Positions 1-10,751 of a stretch of 64,000 bases of DNA are shown piece by piece. The stretch is from NCBI GenBank assembly GCA_963772955.1, contig CAVYZF010000011.1:571025-635024 (forward strand), read 5' to 3'. Each line of letters begins with the position of its first letter. The first letter of the stretch is position 1. The stretch comes from an uncultured Acidobacteriota bacterium. GTDB lineage: Bacteria; Acidobacteriota; Vicinamibacteria; Vicinamibacterales; UBA2999. The notes under the pieces were generated by a model that was not told the origin of the DNA, searched no databases, and saw nothing but the letters and a program-made list of their open reading frames with translations. The translations under genes were made by a program, and so were the position numbers.

Positions 1-704
1 GGCTGATCTACTTCGCGAACGCCCTGACGTGGGCGGGCCGGCCGATGACCAAGGCCTATCTCGGCTCGATCGTCCGCCTCCAGCTTCGTGTCTCACCGCA
101 ACGAGTCAAGGAATGCCTCGATCGCTGGTGCTCGATGCTGAGCGGACCTCAGTCGCACAAAGCCGGCTGCCGCATGCGGGCGATCGTCCGCGAGACGCTC
201 TATCGCGACATCATCGGGTTCATCCCGGTCTATTCGCTGGTCTTCGCGTTCGGCCTCTGGTTCGGTGCGTGGCAGCTGCAATGGGCGTGGCTGCAAGGGC
301 TCTGGCTTGTCGTGCCGCTGACGGCTGCCACCGCCGACTACATCGAGGACGTCTGCCACCTGCATTATCTCAAGCTCCACGAGCAGAACAGGGCTCCGTC
401 GCTTCTCCTGACCTGGCTCGGGGCAGCGATGACGCTCATCAAGCTGATTGCGTTCGTCGCCGAAGGTCTCCTGACCTTCGTCATCGTCATCGTCGCGACG
501 ATTCGCATTCATGCCGCGCCTGAGATGTACGGCTGGCGCGGTCTGCTGGCGCTCGCGATCTCGATCACAACGTTTGTGATCGTTGCGGGTCTCGGCGTCT
601 GGTCTGCTGCGTATCGCGTCTCGACCAGGGCGAGACGCGAACATGACTCCGTCGCGTCGCACGAGATCTCGCTCCAGCATCACCCGCGCGATGCAGGACT
701 GTGA
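1..704 (+). CDS. hypothetical polytopic membrane protein (5' end probably outside the window)
   Basis: ORF 45..704 stays open in the same frame back to base 3 (LIYFANALTWAGRP-MTKAY). Several hydrophobic helices (IPVYSLVFAFGLWFGAW, LLTFVIVIVATI, ITTFVIVAGLGVW). No family motif recognised. Confidence 0.45.
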   Translation, partial: LIYFANALTWAGRPMTKAYLGSIVRLQLRVSPQRVKECLDRWCSMLSGPQSHKAGCRMRAIVRETLYRDIIGFIPVYSLVFAFGLWFGAWQLQWAWLQGLWLVVPLTAATADYIEDVCHLHYLKLHEQNRAPSLLLTWLGAAMTLIKLIAFVAEGLLTFVIVIVATIRIHAAPEMYGWRGLLALAISITTFVIVAGLGVWSAAYRVSTRARREHDSVASHEISLQHHPRDAGL

Positions 705-1083
705 AGGGTCTGACCCCTTCAGAGCTTCACCCTCCTTCTCCTTTGCGACCAGCACGCGCTGTGCGCCCAGCTGCAGCTTGTGAAGCGTCCGGACATCAGA
801 CTCTCGCTTCCGCTGAATCACCTGCAGGTCCTCCACCGGCGATGCATACGTTGACGTGAACTGTGGTCATGGCTCTCCTCAATGCTCTCTTCTTGTTGCA
901 GGGACGTTGTCGTCCGCCGTCGCGCGAGGAAGTGGCAAGTTCCGGACCGCATGCACGACCGAAGACATCGGCGAAATCAAGCCTGTTTCCGGTGTTCAGG
1001 CAGCAGGGGCACGGGGCGCGCAGCGTGCCATGGACCTGGGAGCGCACTGTGCGCGGATCCGGACATGTTGTAACGAGATAGTG

Positions 1084-2130
1084 CTAGTACCCCTGGGTGT
1101 CCCGCGCCGGGCTCACCTTGCCGGCGTAGATGCGCATGATGACGAAGAAGTAGGTCAGGGCGAGGGCAACGGCAACCGGCCACCAGAACAACGCGATCCG
1201 CAGGCCACGCTCGGCCGTCGCGCCGGTGTACGCCGTCATTGAATGCTCGGGGTTCAGCGTCGAATGGAGGACGACCGGGAACAGGCTGGCCGCCGCCCCA
1301 GCCAGCAGTCCGGCGATCACTCCGCAGGAACCGGCAAAGGCCTTTCCTTCCGCCGTCCCCCACAGTCCGGTCAAGAGCGCCCAGACGCTGACACCGATGA
1401 CCAGTAATGCCACCCAGGCCAGAGGTCGCTGAAGCATCGACTGAAAGAGCTCCGGCCGGACGACCCCTGTCGCGATCGACACGACGACGAACAGCAGGGC
1501 GACAGCCACCCACAGAAGACGAGCAAGGCGCTCGCTTCGCTGGTGAACTGGACCGACCGTCCTGAGCCTCAGATACGTCGCGCCATGCGCCGCCAGAAGC
1601 ACGGTCGTAAAGATAGCAACCGACACCGTGTACCAATCGAGGATGCCAACGCGGCCACGCGCCGTGAAATCGGTGAAGAGCGACATGCTGAACGCGCCGC
1701 TGGCGTCGACCGGCACGCCGCGAATGACATTGCCGAGCGCCGCGCCAAAGAGGATGGCGAGCAGCAAGTTCGACACCGCGAACACGAAGTCCCACGCCGA
1801 TCGCCACAGCGAATCGTGCAGGTGGCCGCCGACTTCGATCGAGATCCCGCGCAGGACAAACGACCACAACACCATCCAGAGCGCCAGGTAAAAGCCGGAG
1901 AACGACACGGCCATCAGCTCTGGAAACGCAAGCACGAATGTGCCTCCCGCCGCGACGAGCCACACCTCGTGCCAGCTCCAGAGCGGCCCGATGGCCGCGA
2001 TCACCTGGCGGCGCTCGGGATCGTTCTTCGCCACGATCAAGTGCAACACGCCAGCCCCGATGTCCCATCCATCGAGGACGACGAACATCGTCAGCATGAA
2101 GCAGAGGAGCGCGAACCAGAGTTCAACCAT
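1084..2130 (-). CDS. cydB: cytochrome bd ubiquinol oxidase subunit II
   Basis: 348 aa. N-terminus MVELWFALLCFMLTMFVVLDGWDIGAG is typical of CydB. Its ATG overlaps the cydA stop by 8 nt. Confidence 0.9.
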   Translation of the reverse strand: MVELWFALLCFMLTMFVVLDGWDIGAGVLHLIVAKNDPERRQVIAAIGPLWSWHEVWLVAAGGTFVLAFPELMAVSFSGFYLALWMVLWSFVLRGISIEVGGHLHDSLWRSAWDFVFAVSNLLLAILFGAALGNVIRGVPVDASGAFSMSLFTDFTARGRVGILDWYTVSVAIFTTVLLAAHGATYLRLRTVGPVHQRSERLARLLWVAVALLFVVVSIATGVVRPELFQSMLQRPLAWVALLVIGVSVWALLTGLWGTAEGKAFAGSCGVIAGLLAGAAASLFPVVLHSTLNPEHSMTAYTGATAERGLRIALFWWPVAVALALTYFFVIMRIYAGKVSPARDTQGY

Positions 2131-3435
2131 GTGCGACTTCCCTGCCGACCAGATACAGATAGAGGAGACCGAGCACGAAGTACATCCCAGCCATTCCGAT
2201 CAGCGTGAAGAGGACGTCGCCCGAGCTCACCACCATGCTGTAGCCCTGTTCGGTGCGATACAGGCCGTAGACCAACCATGGCTGGCGACCGAGCTCCGCC
2301 GTCATCCATCCCGCCGTGTTCGCGATGAACGGAAACGGAAACGCGAGCATCAGCATCCACAGCAGCGGACGGCCGGACTCGAGCTGTCCGCGCAGCCGCT
2401 GGAAGACAGCGAGCGCCATCAGGCCGATGAAGATCGTGCCGAGCCCAGCCATCACGTGGAACGAGTAGTAGAGCAGCTCGATGTTGGTCGGCCAGGTCTC
2501 CTGCGGGAAGGCGTCGAGACCGCGCACGTCCGCGTGAAACGTTCCGAACGCGAGAAAGCTGAGAAGACCCGGCAACCTGATCGGGTTGTCGAGACGACGC
2601 TCCTTGACGTTCGGCTGTCCGATCAGCGTGATCTCCGCCATCGGACCTGTCTCGAACCGTCCTTCCATCGCCGCGAGCGCCGGCTCCTGATACTTCGCCA
2701 CGATCTTGGCTTGCGCGTCGCCGGTGGGAAACGCGACGAGGATCGCGGCCGACCAGGCCGACAGCGCTTCCATGGCGCAGATACATCGAGGCCTGACTGG
2801 AGTGCTCCCCTCGCAACGCGTAGAACGCTCCGACCGCCGTCACGACAAATGTTCCCGTGACGAGCGCGGCCGCCTGGTTGTGCGCGAACTGGATCAGCGC
2901 CCACTCGTTGATCAGGTAGGCACCGAGGTCCTGGATGACGAGCACTCCGCTCGCGTCGACGGCGTGGCCCACGGGATGCTGCATGAACGCGTTCGTCACC
3001 AGGATGAAGTACGCGGACAGCCAACTACCGACGGCAACGCCAACAGCCGCGAGGAAGTGCATCCTCGGTCCGAGGCGTTGCTCTCCCCACACGAGCGCGC
3101 CGACAAAGGCGCTCTCGAGCATGAATGCAAACAGCCCCTCCATCGCGAGCGTCTGGCCGATGACGCCGCCGGCGTACTTCGCGAAGCCCGACCAGTTGGT
3201 CCCGAACTGAAACTCCATCGGGATGCCGGTCACGACACCGACAGCGAATGTCGAGGCCGAAGATCTTCGCCCAGAATCGCGCCGCGGCCGCGTAGCGCTC
3301 GTCACCCGTGCGCAACGCACGCCACTTCCAGTACACGAGGAACCACGCGAGGCCCATCGTGAGCTGGGGAAACAGATAGTGGTAGGTGATGGTGAACGCG
3401 AATTGGAGCCGATGCCAGAACGCCGCGTCGTCCAT
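2123..3435 (-). pseudogene. cydA: cytochrome bd ubiquinol oxidase subunit I, reading frame broken twice (true pseudogene or assembly indels)
   Basis: Three consecutive ORF pieces in three frames together rebuild a full CydA. N-terminus is MDDAAFWHRLQFAFTITYHYLFPQLTMG (3435 to about 3250). The middle piece is FAVGVVTGIPMEFQFGTNW...FYALRGEH (about 3250 to 2750). The C-terminus is ILVAFPTGDAQAKIVAKYQEPALAAMEGRFET... (to 2123). Total length 1313 nt is not a multiple of 3. Each break is explained by one extra base, near 3248 and 2748. Confidence 0.85.
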
Positions 3436-3447
3436 GACGATTTGTAT

Positions 3448-4107
3448 TTAGGTGCAGGCCGCCAGCGTTCGGCCGAGCACCCAGGTGTAGTGCGACACGT
3501 CGTTGAGCAGAATCAGCCGCCCGGTGCCGTCGCCGTACACGTCGATCATGTTCAGACACGCCGGCAGCTGATCGAGTCGATCGCGATAGCCACGGGGGTC
3601 GATGCCGAGCACGTGCGCGATGATGAGCCTGATGGTCGCCTTATGCGAGACGACCAGGACGGGCTCGCCCGGATGCGCTTGCACGATCTGCTTGAACGCC
3701 CTCAGCCCTCGCTCCAGGACGTGCTGTCCCGGCTCGCCTCCCGTCGGCGCGAAGGTGAACGGATCGTGCTGCCACGCCGCGTACTCCTCGGGATACATCG
3801 AGGCAGCTTCCTCGCGACGGAGCCCTTCCCAGCGGCCGTGATCGATCTCGCGCAGATCGTCACGGGCCGTCACCGTCATGTTGTGTGGCCGCGCGAGGAT
3901 CGTCGCCGTTTCCTGTGCCCGGCGGAGCGGGCTGGCGTAGACAGCCGCGATCGAATCCGTCGCCAGGCGTTGTGCCAGGCGCTCGGCCTGCAGGCGCCCT
4001 TCGTCACCCAAGGGAACGTCCGAGGCGCCCGCGAAGCGATCTTCCGCGCTCAAGATCGTCGCGCCATGCCTCACGAGCATCACGCGCGTCGTCATCGCTG
4101 CGCCCAC
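3448..4107 (-). CDS. histidine phosphatase family protein (phosphoglycerate-mutase-like)
   Basis: 219 aa. Has the RHG motif at the N-terminus (MLVRHGATILSAEDRFAG) and a later SHKATIR motif. Sits 12 nt upstream of the cydA ATG. Confidence 0.8.
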   Translation of the reverse strand: MGAAMTTRVMLVRHGATILSAEDRFAGASDVPLGDEGRLQAERLAQRLATDSIAAVYASPLRRAQETATILARPHNMTVTARDDLREIDHGRWEGLRREEAASMYPEEYAAWQHDPFTFAPTGGEPGQHVLERGLRAFKQIVQAHPGEPVLVVSHKATIRLIIAHVLGIDPRGYRDRLDQLPACLNMIDVYGDGTGRLILLNDVSHYTWVLGRTLAACT

Positions 4108-4745
4108 AGCCGGTATCCACCCACGAACGCGAACTGATTCTTGCCGGCCCGGGCCCCTGTCGGGAGCGTCTTGAGCAGCTTGGCGTTTCCGCCACCAATG
4201 ACGACGTCATCAACCTCGAGTGCCGCACGCAGGCGACCCGTCACGTCCGCGACGTTCTGGCGCCACTTCTTCTTCCCGGTGCGCTCGAGGCCTGCCTTGC
4301 CGACGTATTCCTCGTAGGTCTTGCCGTTCTTATATGGGAGATGCGCCAGCTCCAGTGGCGCGACCACTCCATCGAGAATCAGCGTCGTGCCGAGGCCAGT
4401 GCCCAGCCCGAGAAACAGCATGCGACCCTTCTTGTAACTGCCAAGCGCTTGCATCGCCGCATCGTTGATGACTCGCACCGGTTTGCCGAACGCACGCTCG
4501 AAGTCGAAGCCCACCCAGCCACGTCCCAGATTCCGCGGCTCCTTCACTGGCGTCCCTTTCTTTACGGGACCCGGGTAGCCGATCGAAATGACGTCGTATT
4601 CCCAGCCGTCAACCGCTTCCGTCACCTGACTGACCATCTGCTTCGGTGTCAGTCGCGGACCCGACGGAATCTTGATCGGCTGCTGGTGTCCGGTCGCCAG
4701 GATCTTGATCGACGTGCCGCCGATATCGACGACGAGTACTTTCAC
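4092..4745 (-). CDS. ROK family sugar kinase (polyphosphate/ATP glucokinase-like)
   Basis: 217 aa. [15 protein letters not shown] is an ATP-binding DxGGT motif; [11 protein letters not shown] also present. ATGA overlap with the gnd stop. Confidence 0.7.
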   Translation of the reverse strand: MKVLVVDIGGTSIKILATGHQQPIKIPSGPRLTPKQMVSQVTEAVDGWEYDVISIGYPGPVKKGTPVKEPRNLGRGWVGFDFERAFGKPVRVINDAAMQALGSYKKGRMLFLGLGTGLGTTLILDGVVAPLELAHLPYKNGKTYEEYVGKAGLERTGKKKWRQNVADVTGRLRAALEVDDVVIGGGNAKLLKTLPTGARAGKNQFAFVGGYRLWAQR

Positions 4746-5782
4746 GGTCGACTACTGGCCAGCGCCGGCTCGGCGTGGTGCTCGCGATGACCGCCAAACT
4801 GAAAGCGCATCGCGGACAACAGGCGATCGGCGAAGTCAGCCTCGCCGCGAGAAGAAAACCGCTGATAGAGCGCCGCACTCAGAACGGGTGCCGGTGCAGA
4901 CGACTCGATCGCTGCTTGAATCGTCCAGCGCCCTTCACCTGAATCCGACACGTGGCCGGAGAATGTCGCGAGGTCAGGCTCGTCGGCGAGCGCCGCTGCC
5001 GTGAGATCCAGCAGCCACGATGCGACCACGCTGCCCCGCCGCCAGACTTCCGTAACCTCCGCAAGATTGAAGTTGTACTGATAGTGCTCCGGGTGTCGCA
5101 GCGGCGTCGTCTCGGCATCGAGCTTCCGCTCCTTCGTGCCGGCATCGGCGTGCCGCAGGATGTTCAGACCCTCCGCGTACGCCGCCATCAACCCATACTC
5201 GATGCCGTTGTGCACCATCTTCACGAAGTGGCCAGCACCCGCTGGTCCGCAGTGAAGGAACCCCTCGTCCGCGGTGCTCGTGCCCTCCTTCCGGCCAGGT
5301 GTCACAGCAGACGTGCCTTTGCCAGGAGCGAGCGATCGGAAGATCGGATCGAGGTGCGTGACCGCTTCCGTCGGGCCGCCAATCATCAGGCAGTATCCCC
5401 GTTCGAGCCCCCACACACCGCCGCTCGTCCCCACATCAAGATACTGCAGGCCTCGAGACTCGAGGTGTTTCGCGCGGCGGATATCGTCGATGTAATACGA
5501 GTTACCTCCGTCGATGAGGATGTCTCCGCGACCGAGCTTCGGCGCGAGCGCGTCGAGCAGGCTGTCGACAGCACCCGCCGGCACCATGACCCAGATCGCC
5601 CGCGGCTGCTGAAGCATCGCGACGAATTCGTCCAGCGACGTCGACCCGCGCGCCCCCTCGGCCACGAGCGCCTGCACGTTGGCGGCGTTCGAATCAAAGA
5701 CGACGCATTCGTGGCCGCTGCGGAGCAACCGCCGAACCATGTTGGCGCCCATCCGTCCAAGGCCGATCATTCCGAGTTGCAT
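4742..5782 (-). CDS. gnd: 6-phosphogluconate dehydrogenase, decarboxylating (short YqeC/Gnd-like form)
   Basis: 346 aa. [19 protein letters not shown] Rossmann N-terminus; [14 protein letters not shown] motif. Confidence 0.88.
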   Translation of the reverse strand: MQLGMIGLGRMGANMVRRLLRSGHECVVFDSNAANVQALVAEGARGSTSLDEFVAMLQQPRAIWVMVPAGAVDSLLDALAPKLGRGDILIDGGNSYYIDDIRRAKHLESRGLQYLDVGTSGGVWGLERGYCLMIGGPTEAVTHLDPIFRSLAPGKGTSAVTPGRKEGTSTADEGFLHCGPAGAGHFVKMVHNGIEYGLMAAYAEGLNILRHADAGTKERKLDAETTPLRHPEHYQYNFNLAEVTEVWRRGSVVASWLLDLTAAALADEPDLATFSGHVSDSGEGRWTIQAAIESSAPAPVLSAALYQRFSSRGEADFADRLLSAMRFQFGGHREHHAEPALASSRP

Positions 5783-5821
5783 GGTGGTTCTCCCGTCTCT
5801 CTGGTCTCTGGTCCGGGGTCT

Positions 5822-6979
5822 TTAGACCCGCCTTGAATTCTCCACCGCTGCCAGCAATCGATCGAACGCCTCGGAGAACAGCCGCAGGCCCGCGACGAGG
5901 AGCTTGTCGGTCACGTCGTCGAGCGAGATGCCGATGTTGCCGAGCGTCTCCATGATGTGATGCGCTTCATCCACTTTGGCTGACAGCGTCGGCTGTGCGA
6001 CGCCGTGATCCCGAAACGCGTTGAGCGTCGCAGGCGGCACGGTGTTGACCGTCTCCGGTCCGATCAGTTCGGCGACGTATTTCACATCTGAATATGCGGG
6101 ATCCTTCGTTCCCGTGCTCGCCCAGAGCAACCGCTGCGTCTGCGCTCCTCGCTCGGCCAGGCGCGCCCATCGCGGGGTCGCGATCATTCGCTGGTAGGAC
6201 TCGTACGCCAGCTTCGCGTTGCCCACGGCAACCGTCCCGAGGAGGGCCTCGAGTACGCGCCGTTGATACCGGTCGAGCTCAGGTTCAGCAAGCCGCTGGC
6301 GCAGCTGCCCGTCGACGACGGTGTCGATGCGACTGACGAAGAAGCTTGCGACGCTGGCGACGTTGCCCAACCGATCGCGGCCGGCCGCAGCGGCCATGGA
6401 GGTCTCGAGCCCCGACATGTAGGCATCGGCAACGGCTTCGTACGCATCGATCGCGAACAAGAGCGTGACGTTGACATTGATGCCCTCGCCAATCAGTTGC
6501 CTGATCGCGGCGATGCCACTCGGCGTCGCGGGCACCTTGATCATGAGGTTCGGACGGTCGACTGCGTCCCACAGGCGTCGCGCCTCCTGCACCGTCTCGT
6601 CCTTCTTGTGCGCGAGATGCGGCGAGACCTCGAGGCTCACGTAACCATCTCGTTTCGCGGTCTCGTCGTACACGGGACGCAGGATGTCGGCGGCATCGCG
6701 GACGTCGGCAATCGCCAGGCGCTCGTACAGCGACTTTGCGTCCTGGTCGCCACTCGATCGGTTGGCCTCGAGGACGGCTGTGTAGTCCGCGCTCCCGCGA
6801 ATGGCCTGCTCGAAGATCGCCGGGTTGCTGGTCACACCGCGCAACCCATCGCCGGTCACGAGCTGCCTCAGCTCACCGCTCTCAATGAGCTGACGGCTGA
6901 TCGAGTCGAGCCAGATGGACTGGCCGTGCGCGGTCAGCGCGCGTAAAGGATTCAGCGTTTGAACATCGAGTGTTTCCAT
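5822..6979 (-). CDS. tal: transaldolase (long form)
   Basis: 385 aa. Motifs SIWLDSISR, VTSNPAIFEQAI and MIKVPAT (active-site Lys context). Confidence 0.88.
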   Translation of the reverse strand: METLDVQTLNPLRALTAHGQSIWLDSISRQLIESGELRQLVTGDGLRGVTSNPAIFEQAIRGSADYTAVLEANRSSGDQDAKSLYERLAIADVRDAADILRPVYDETAKRDGYVSLEVSPHLAHKKDETVQEARRLWDAVDRPNLMIKVPATPSGIAAIRQLIGEGINVNVTLLFAIDAYEAVADAYMSGLETSMAAAAGRDRLGNVASVASFFVSRIDTVVDGQLRQRLAEPELDRYQRRVLEALLGTVAVGNAKLAYESYQRMIATPRWARLAERGAQTQRLLWASTGTKDPAYSDVKYVAELIGPETVNTVPPATLNAFRDHGVAQPTLSAKVDEAHHIMETLGNIGISLDDVTDKLLVAGLRLFSEAFDRLLAAVENSRRV

Positions 6980-6985
6980 TGGCGT

Positions 6986-9097
6986 TCACTCCCCTACCGG
7001 CAACGCCTCGGTTGGCGGGACGATCACACCACGGTCGCTCGCAATCGCCTGACGTGCCGCGGCAGCGACGTGCTCGGCGGTGAAGCCGAACTTCTGCTGC
7101 AGTTGCTGTAACGGCGCCGATGCGCCGAAGGTTTTCATGCCGAGACAGATGCCCCTCGAGCCCACGTAGCGGCTCCAGCCGAGCGTGCCCGCCTGCTCGA
7201 CGGAGACGCGTGCGGTGACTCGAGGTGGCAGAACCTGATCGCGATACTCCTGTGTCTGCTGTTCGAAGATCTCCCACGACGGCATGCTGACCACGCGCGC
7301 GCGCACGCCGTCTCGCTCGAGCTGCTCCCTGGCGTCGAGGCACAACGACACCTCGCTGCCAGTCGCAAGCAGGAGAACCTCCGGATCGCCCTGCGCCGTT
7401 TCGGCCAGGACGTAGGCGCCGCGCGCGACCCCCGATGCGGCCCCAACCTTCAAGCGATCGAACGTCGGCAGCGCTTGCCGTGTCAACACGAGTGCAACCG
7501 GCTCGTGACGCAGCCGCATGATGACACGCCACGCTTCGACGACCTCGTTAGCATCCGCCGGTCGAAGCGTGATCAGCCCGGGAACCGCACGCAGCGACGC
7601 GAGCTGCTCGATCGGCTGATGCGTCGGACCGTCCTCGCCCACGCCGATCGAGTCGTGCGTGAAGACCCAGATTGCCGGCACTTCCATGAGCGCGCTGAGC
7701 CGAATCGCCGGCTTCATGTAGTCGCTGAAGATGAGGAACGTAGCGCCGTACGGACGGATCTTCGAGAGCGACAGGCCATTGGCGATGGCGCCCATGGCAT
7801 GCTCGCGGATGCCGAAGTGCATATTGCGCCCGGCCACGTTGCTCGCGCTCAGGTTGCCGGCGTCCGGCAACTTCAGCAGAGTCTTGGTCGACGGCGCCAG
7901 ATCGGCGGCTCCACCCATCAGCCATGGCGTGTTCTTCGCCAACACGTTGAGCACGCTGCCCGATGAATCGCGCGACGCGACGCCCGTCTTATCCGGCGGA
8001 AACACGGGCAGGTCCGCGTCCCATCCCTTCGGAAGCTCGCGGCTCTGCATCAGCGACAGTTGCTCGGCAAGCTCCGCATGCTCGGCGTGGTAGCGCTCGA
8101 ACATCTCGAGCCACGCGGTCCGAACCGTTCGGCCTCGAACGCCCACGCCGTCCGCAAAATGCTCGCGCACGCCATCGGGCACGAGGAACTTCGCGTCCTC
8201 CGGCCAACTGTAGGAACGCTTCGCCAGCTTCACTTCTTCGTCGCCGAGCGGCTCGCCGTGTGCCGCCGCCGTGTCCTGCTTGTTCGGTGCGCCGTAGGCG
8301 ATGTGACTGTCGACGATGATGAATGTGGGACGGTCGGGTGTGGCCTTGAAGGTGACGAACGCCTGCGCGAGCCGGTCGATGTCGTTGGCATCGCTCACAC
8401 GCGTGACGTTCCAGCCATACGCGATAAAGCGTGCGGCAATGTCCTCGCTGAACGCGAGGTCGGTGTGTCCCTCGATCGTGATCCGGTTGCTGTCGTAGAT
8501 CCAGCACAGGTTCGACAGCTTCAGGTGCCCGGCGATCGACGCCGCCTCACTCGAGACACCCTCCATCATGTCTCCGTCTCCGCAGAGCGCGTAGACGTCG
8601 TAGTTGAACATCTCGAAGCCGGGCCGGTTGAAGTGCGCGGCCATCCACCTCGACGCGATCGCCATCCCCACGCTGGTCGCCACACCCTGTCCCAGTGGAC
8701 CCGTGGTCGTCTCGACGCCGGACGTCAGGCGGTATTCGGGATGACCAGGACACTTGCTGTCCAACTGACGGAAGCGGCGAATGTCGTCGAGGCTCACCGC
8801 TGGAGTGCCGAGCACTTCGTACTTCGGGTTGACCGACTTCACGCCCGCCAGGTGGAGCACCGAATACAGCAGCATCGAGGCGTGGCCGATGGACAGCACG
8901 AAGCGGTCGCGGTTCGGCCAGATCGGGTTCTCTGGGTCGAAGCGCAGGAACTGCTGCCAGAGTGTGTAGACCACCGGCGCCATCGCCATCGGCGTACCTG
9001 GATGGCCAGACTTGGCCTGCTGCACCGCGTCCATCGACAGGGTTCGGATGGTGTTGATGGAAAGCTGATCGAGATCCGGATGTGCGTGTGCCGTCAT
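6986..9097 (-). CDS. tkt: transketolase
   Basis: 703 aa. Motifs SGHPGTPMAMAPV, GDGDMMEGVSSEA and GEDGPTHQPIEQLASLR. Confidence 0.95.
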   Translation of the reverse strand: MTAHAHPDLDQLSINTIRTLSMDAVQQAKSGHPGTPMAMAPVVYTLWQQFLRFDPENPIWPNRDRFVLSIGHASMLLYSVLHLAGVKSVNPKYEVLGTPAVSLDDIRRFRQLDSKCPGHPEYRLTSGVETTTGPLGQGVATSVGMAIASRWMAAHFNRPGFEMFNYDVYALCGDGDMMEGVSSEAASIAGHLKLSNLCWIYDSNRITIEGHTDLAFSEDIAARFIAYGWNVTRVSDANDIDRLAQAFVTFKATPDRPTFIIVDSHIAYGAPNKQDTAAAHGEPLGDEEVKLAKRSYSWPEDAKFLVPDGVREHFADGVGVRGRTVRTAWLEMFERYHAEHAELAEQLSLMQSRELPKGWDADLPVFPPDKTGVASRDSSGSVLNVLAKNTPWLMGGAADLAPSTKTLLKLPDAGNLSASNVAGRNMHFGIREHAMGAIANGLSLSKIRPYGATFLIFSDYMKPAIRLSALMEVPAIWVFTHDSIGVGEDGPTHQPIEQLASLRAVPGLITLRPADANEVVEAWRVIMRLRHEPVALVLTRQALPTFDRLKVGAASGVARGAYVLAETAQGDPEVLLLATGSEVSLCLDAREQLERDGVRARVVSMPSWEIFEQQTQEYRDQVLPPRVTARVSVEQAGTLGWSRYVGSRGICLGMKTFGASAPLQQLQQKFGFTAEHVAAAARQAIASDRGVIVPPTEALPVGE

Positions 9098-9109
9098 GGT
9101 CGTCTCCGA

Positions 9110-9346
9110 TTACCTGGCCCCTTGCAGCGTGGTGCGCTCCGGGACTGCCGGATTCAGTTGAACCGCCGCGGCGAGGTTCAGCGCGGCAAAGCCGATACCG
9201 GCATGCGGTGCCGCCGCGAGGGCGCGCCCTTGCGGGCCGAGCCCATAGAGCACACCTCGGATATCGAAGGTCACACCCGCACAGCGGGCGACGCCGATGT
9301 AGAGCACGTTGGCGCGAAGAATGAGTTGGCGAACAGTCGTGGTCAT
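9110..9346 (-). CDS. small hypothetical protein between zwf and tkt
   Basis: 78-aa ORF that exactly fills the zwf-tkt gap (10 nt and 12 nt spacers). Third codon positions are mostly G/C, as in neighbouring genes. No motif recognised. Confidence 0.4.
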   Translation of the reverse strand: MTTTVRQLILRANVLYIGVARCAGVTFDIRGVLYGLGPQGRALAAAPHAGIGFAALNLAAAVQLNPAVPERTTLQGAR

Positions 9347-9356
9347 GAGACACCTC

Positions 9357-10751
9357 TTACGTTGTCACCGCCGCAACCTGGTCAGCCGCGAGGATCTCCT
9401 CCCAGCCCCCAGCCGGCGCGACGCGATTCGCTTCCGCCGGTCCCCAGCTTCCTGGCTGGTACTGGTACACCGGGGTCGCGTCGTCGAGGATCGGATCGAC
9501 GATACGCCAGGACTCCTCGACGTAGTCCTGTCGGGCGAAGCGAGTCGAGGCACCTCTGAGCGCGTCGGTCAAAAGCTCTTCGTATGCGCCGACCTCGTGC
9601 GGGTCCACGTGCTCACTGACCTTGAGATTGACGACCTCGCCACGCAACGTGTCGCCGGGCAGCTTCACGAAGGACGTGATCGCAATCGTCTGCGTCGGCG
9701 TGACCTGGAAGCGGAAGCAGTTCGCTGGAGGCGGTTCCGGTGTGAACACCGCCGGCGCCTGGCGCAGCCTGACGACGACTTCGGTGGACGTCGCCGCCAT
9801 GCACTTCCCTGCCCGGATATAGAACGGCACGCCCTTCCAACGCCACGAGTTGATCAAGAGCTTCAACGCGACGTACGTCTCGACGGACGATGCAGGGTTG
9901 ACTCCTGGTTCGCTGCGATAGCCGCGGAACTGTCCACGGACGACGTCCTCGGGCCGGAGCGTCGCAATGCTTTTTAGTACCTTCACGCGTTCGTCTCTGG
10001 CCATCTCTTGATCGACGCCAGGCGGCGGTTCCATCGCGACATTCGTCAGCAGCTGCAGGAGATGATTCTGGACGACGTCCCGAATGGCGCCGGTCGCGTC
10101 GTAGAACGATCCTCGGCCATCGACGCCGAAGTCCTCCGCCATCGTGATCTGCACGTCCTCGACGAACTGCCGGTTCCAGATCGGCTCCACGAACGCGTTG
10201 CCGAAGCGGAAGAAGAGGAGGTTCTGGACCGCGTTCTTCCCCAGGTAGTGATCGATGCGAAAGACAGCGCTCTCGTCGAAGGTCTCGTGAATGACGCGAT
10301 TCAGGTCGCGTGCGGTCGCCAGATCGCGGCCGAACGGCTTCTCGACGATGACACGACCTCTGCGTGCCGCGCCGCTACGAGCGAGTTGCTGACCAACCAG
10401 CCCAAACAGTTTGGGAGGAATCGCAAGGTAGTGCACCGGGCAGACGCTGTCGCCGAGAGCCTCGGACAGTTGCGCAAACGTGCCGGCGTCGTTGTAGTCG
10501 CCGTCGATGTACGACAGAACGGCCGCGAACTTGTTGAAGGCCTCGCGCACAAGACCCCCGCTGCGCTCGACGCTCTCGAGCGCGCGGGCGCGGAGTTGAT
10601 CGAGGTTCCAGCCTGACTTGGCGACGGCAATGACCCTCGGTGGCAGGTTCCCGTGCAGCGCCATCCCGTGAATCGCCGGAAAAATCTTCTTGTAGGCGAG
10701 ATCGCCTGTTGCTCCGTAGAACACGAGCGCATCCGCTTGTCCTGAGCCCAT
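9357..10751 (-). CDS. zwf: glucose-6-phosphate 1-dehydrogenase
   Basis: Start chosen at [25 protein letters not shown] (GATGDL NADP motif). RIDHYLGK active-site motif present. The ORF-track start at 11006 is a spurious upstream extension. Confidence 0.92.
   Translation of the reverse strand: MGSGQADALVFYGATGDLAYKKIFPAIHGMALHGNLPPRVIAVAKSGWNLDQLRARALESVERSGGLVREAFNKFAAVLSYIDGDYNDAGTFAQLSEALGDSVCPVHYLAIPPKLFGLVGQQLARSGAARRGRVIVEKPFGRDLATARDLNRVIHETFDESAVFRIDHYLGKNAVQNLLFFRFGNAFVEPIWNRQFVEDVQITMAEDFGVDGRGSFYDATGAIRDVVQNHLLQLLTNVAMEPPPGVDQEMARDERVKVLKSIATLRPEDVVRGQFRGYRSEPGVNPASSVETYVALKLLINSWRWKGVPFYIRAGKCMAATSTEVVVRLRQAPAVFTPEPPPANCFRFQVTPTQTIAITSFVKLPGDTLRGEVVNLKVSEHVDPHEVGAYEELLTDALRGASTRFARQDYVEESWRIVDPILDDATPVYQYQPGSWGPAEANRVAPAGGWEEILAADQVAAVTT

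Noticed and set aside
796-870. 24-aa ORF MTTVHVNVCIAGGGPAGDSAEARV with a textbook FAD/NAD GxGxxG beta-alpha-beta start, downstream of cydB.
   Set aside because: It could be the stump of a deleted FAD-dependent oxidoreductase. It is too short, and the continuation in other frames is only vaguely protein-like before running into the antisense of gene 1..704. It cannot be supported as a feature.
2740-3255. Programmed ribosomal frameshifting as the explanation for the frame breaks (also at 20730, 46250, 51992, 52320, 52738, 53437, 54300 and about 54615).
   Set aside because: No slippery heptamer or conserved stimulatory structure is visible at the junctions. The affected families are not known to use recoding. 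Both shift directions occur.
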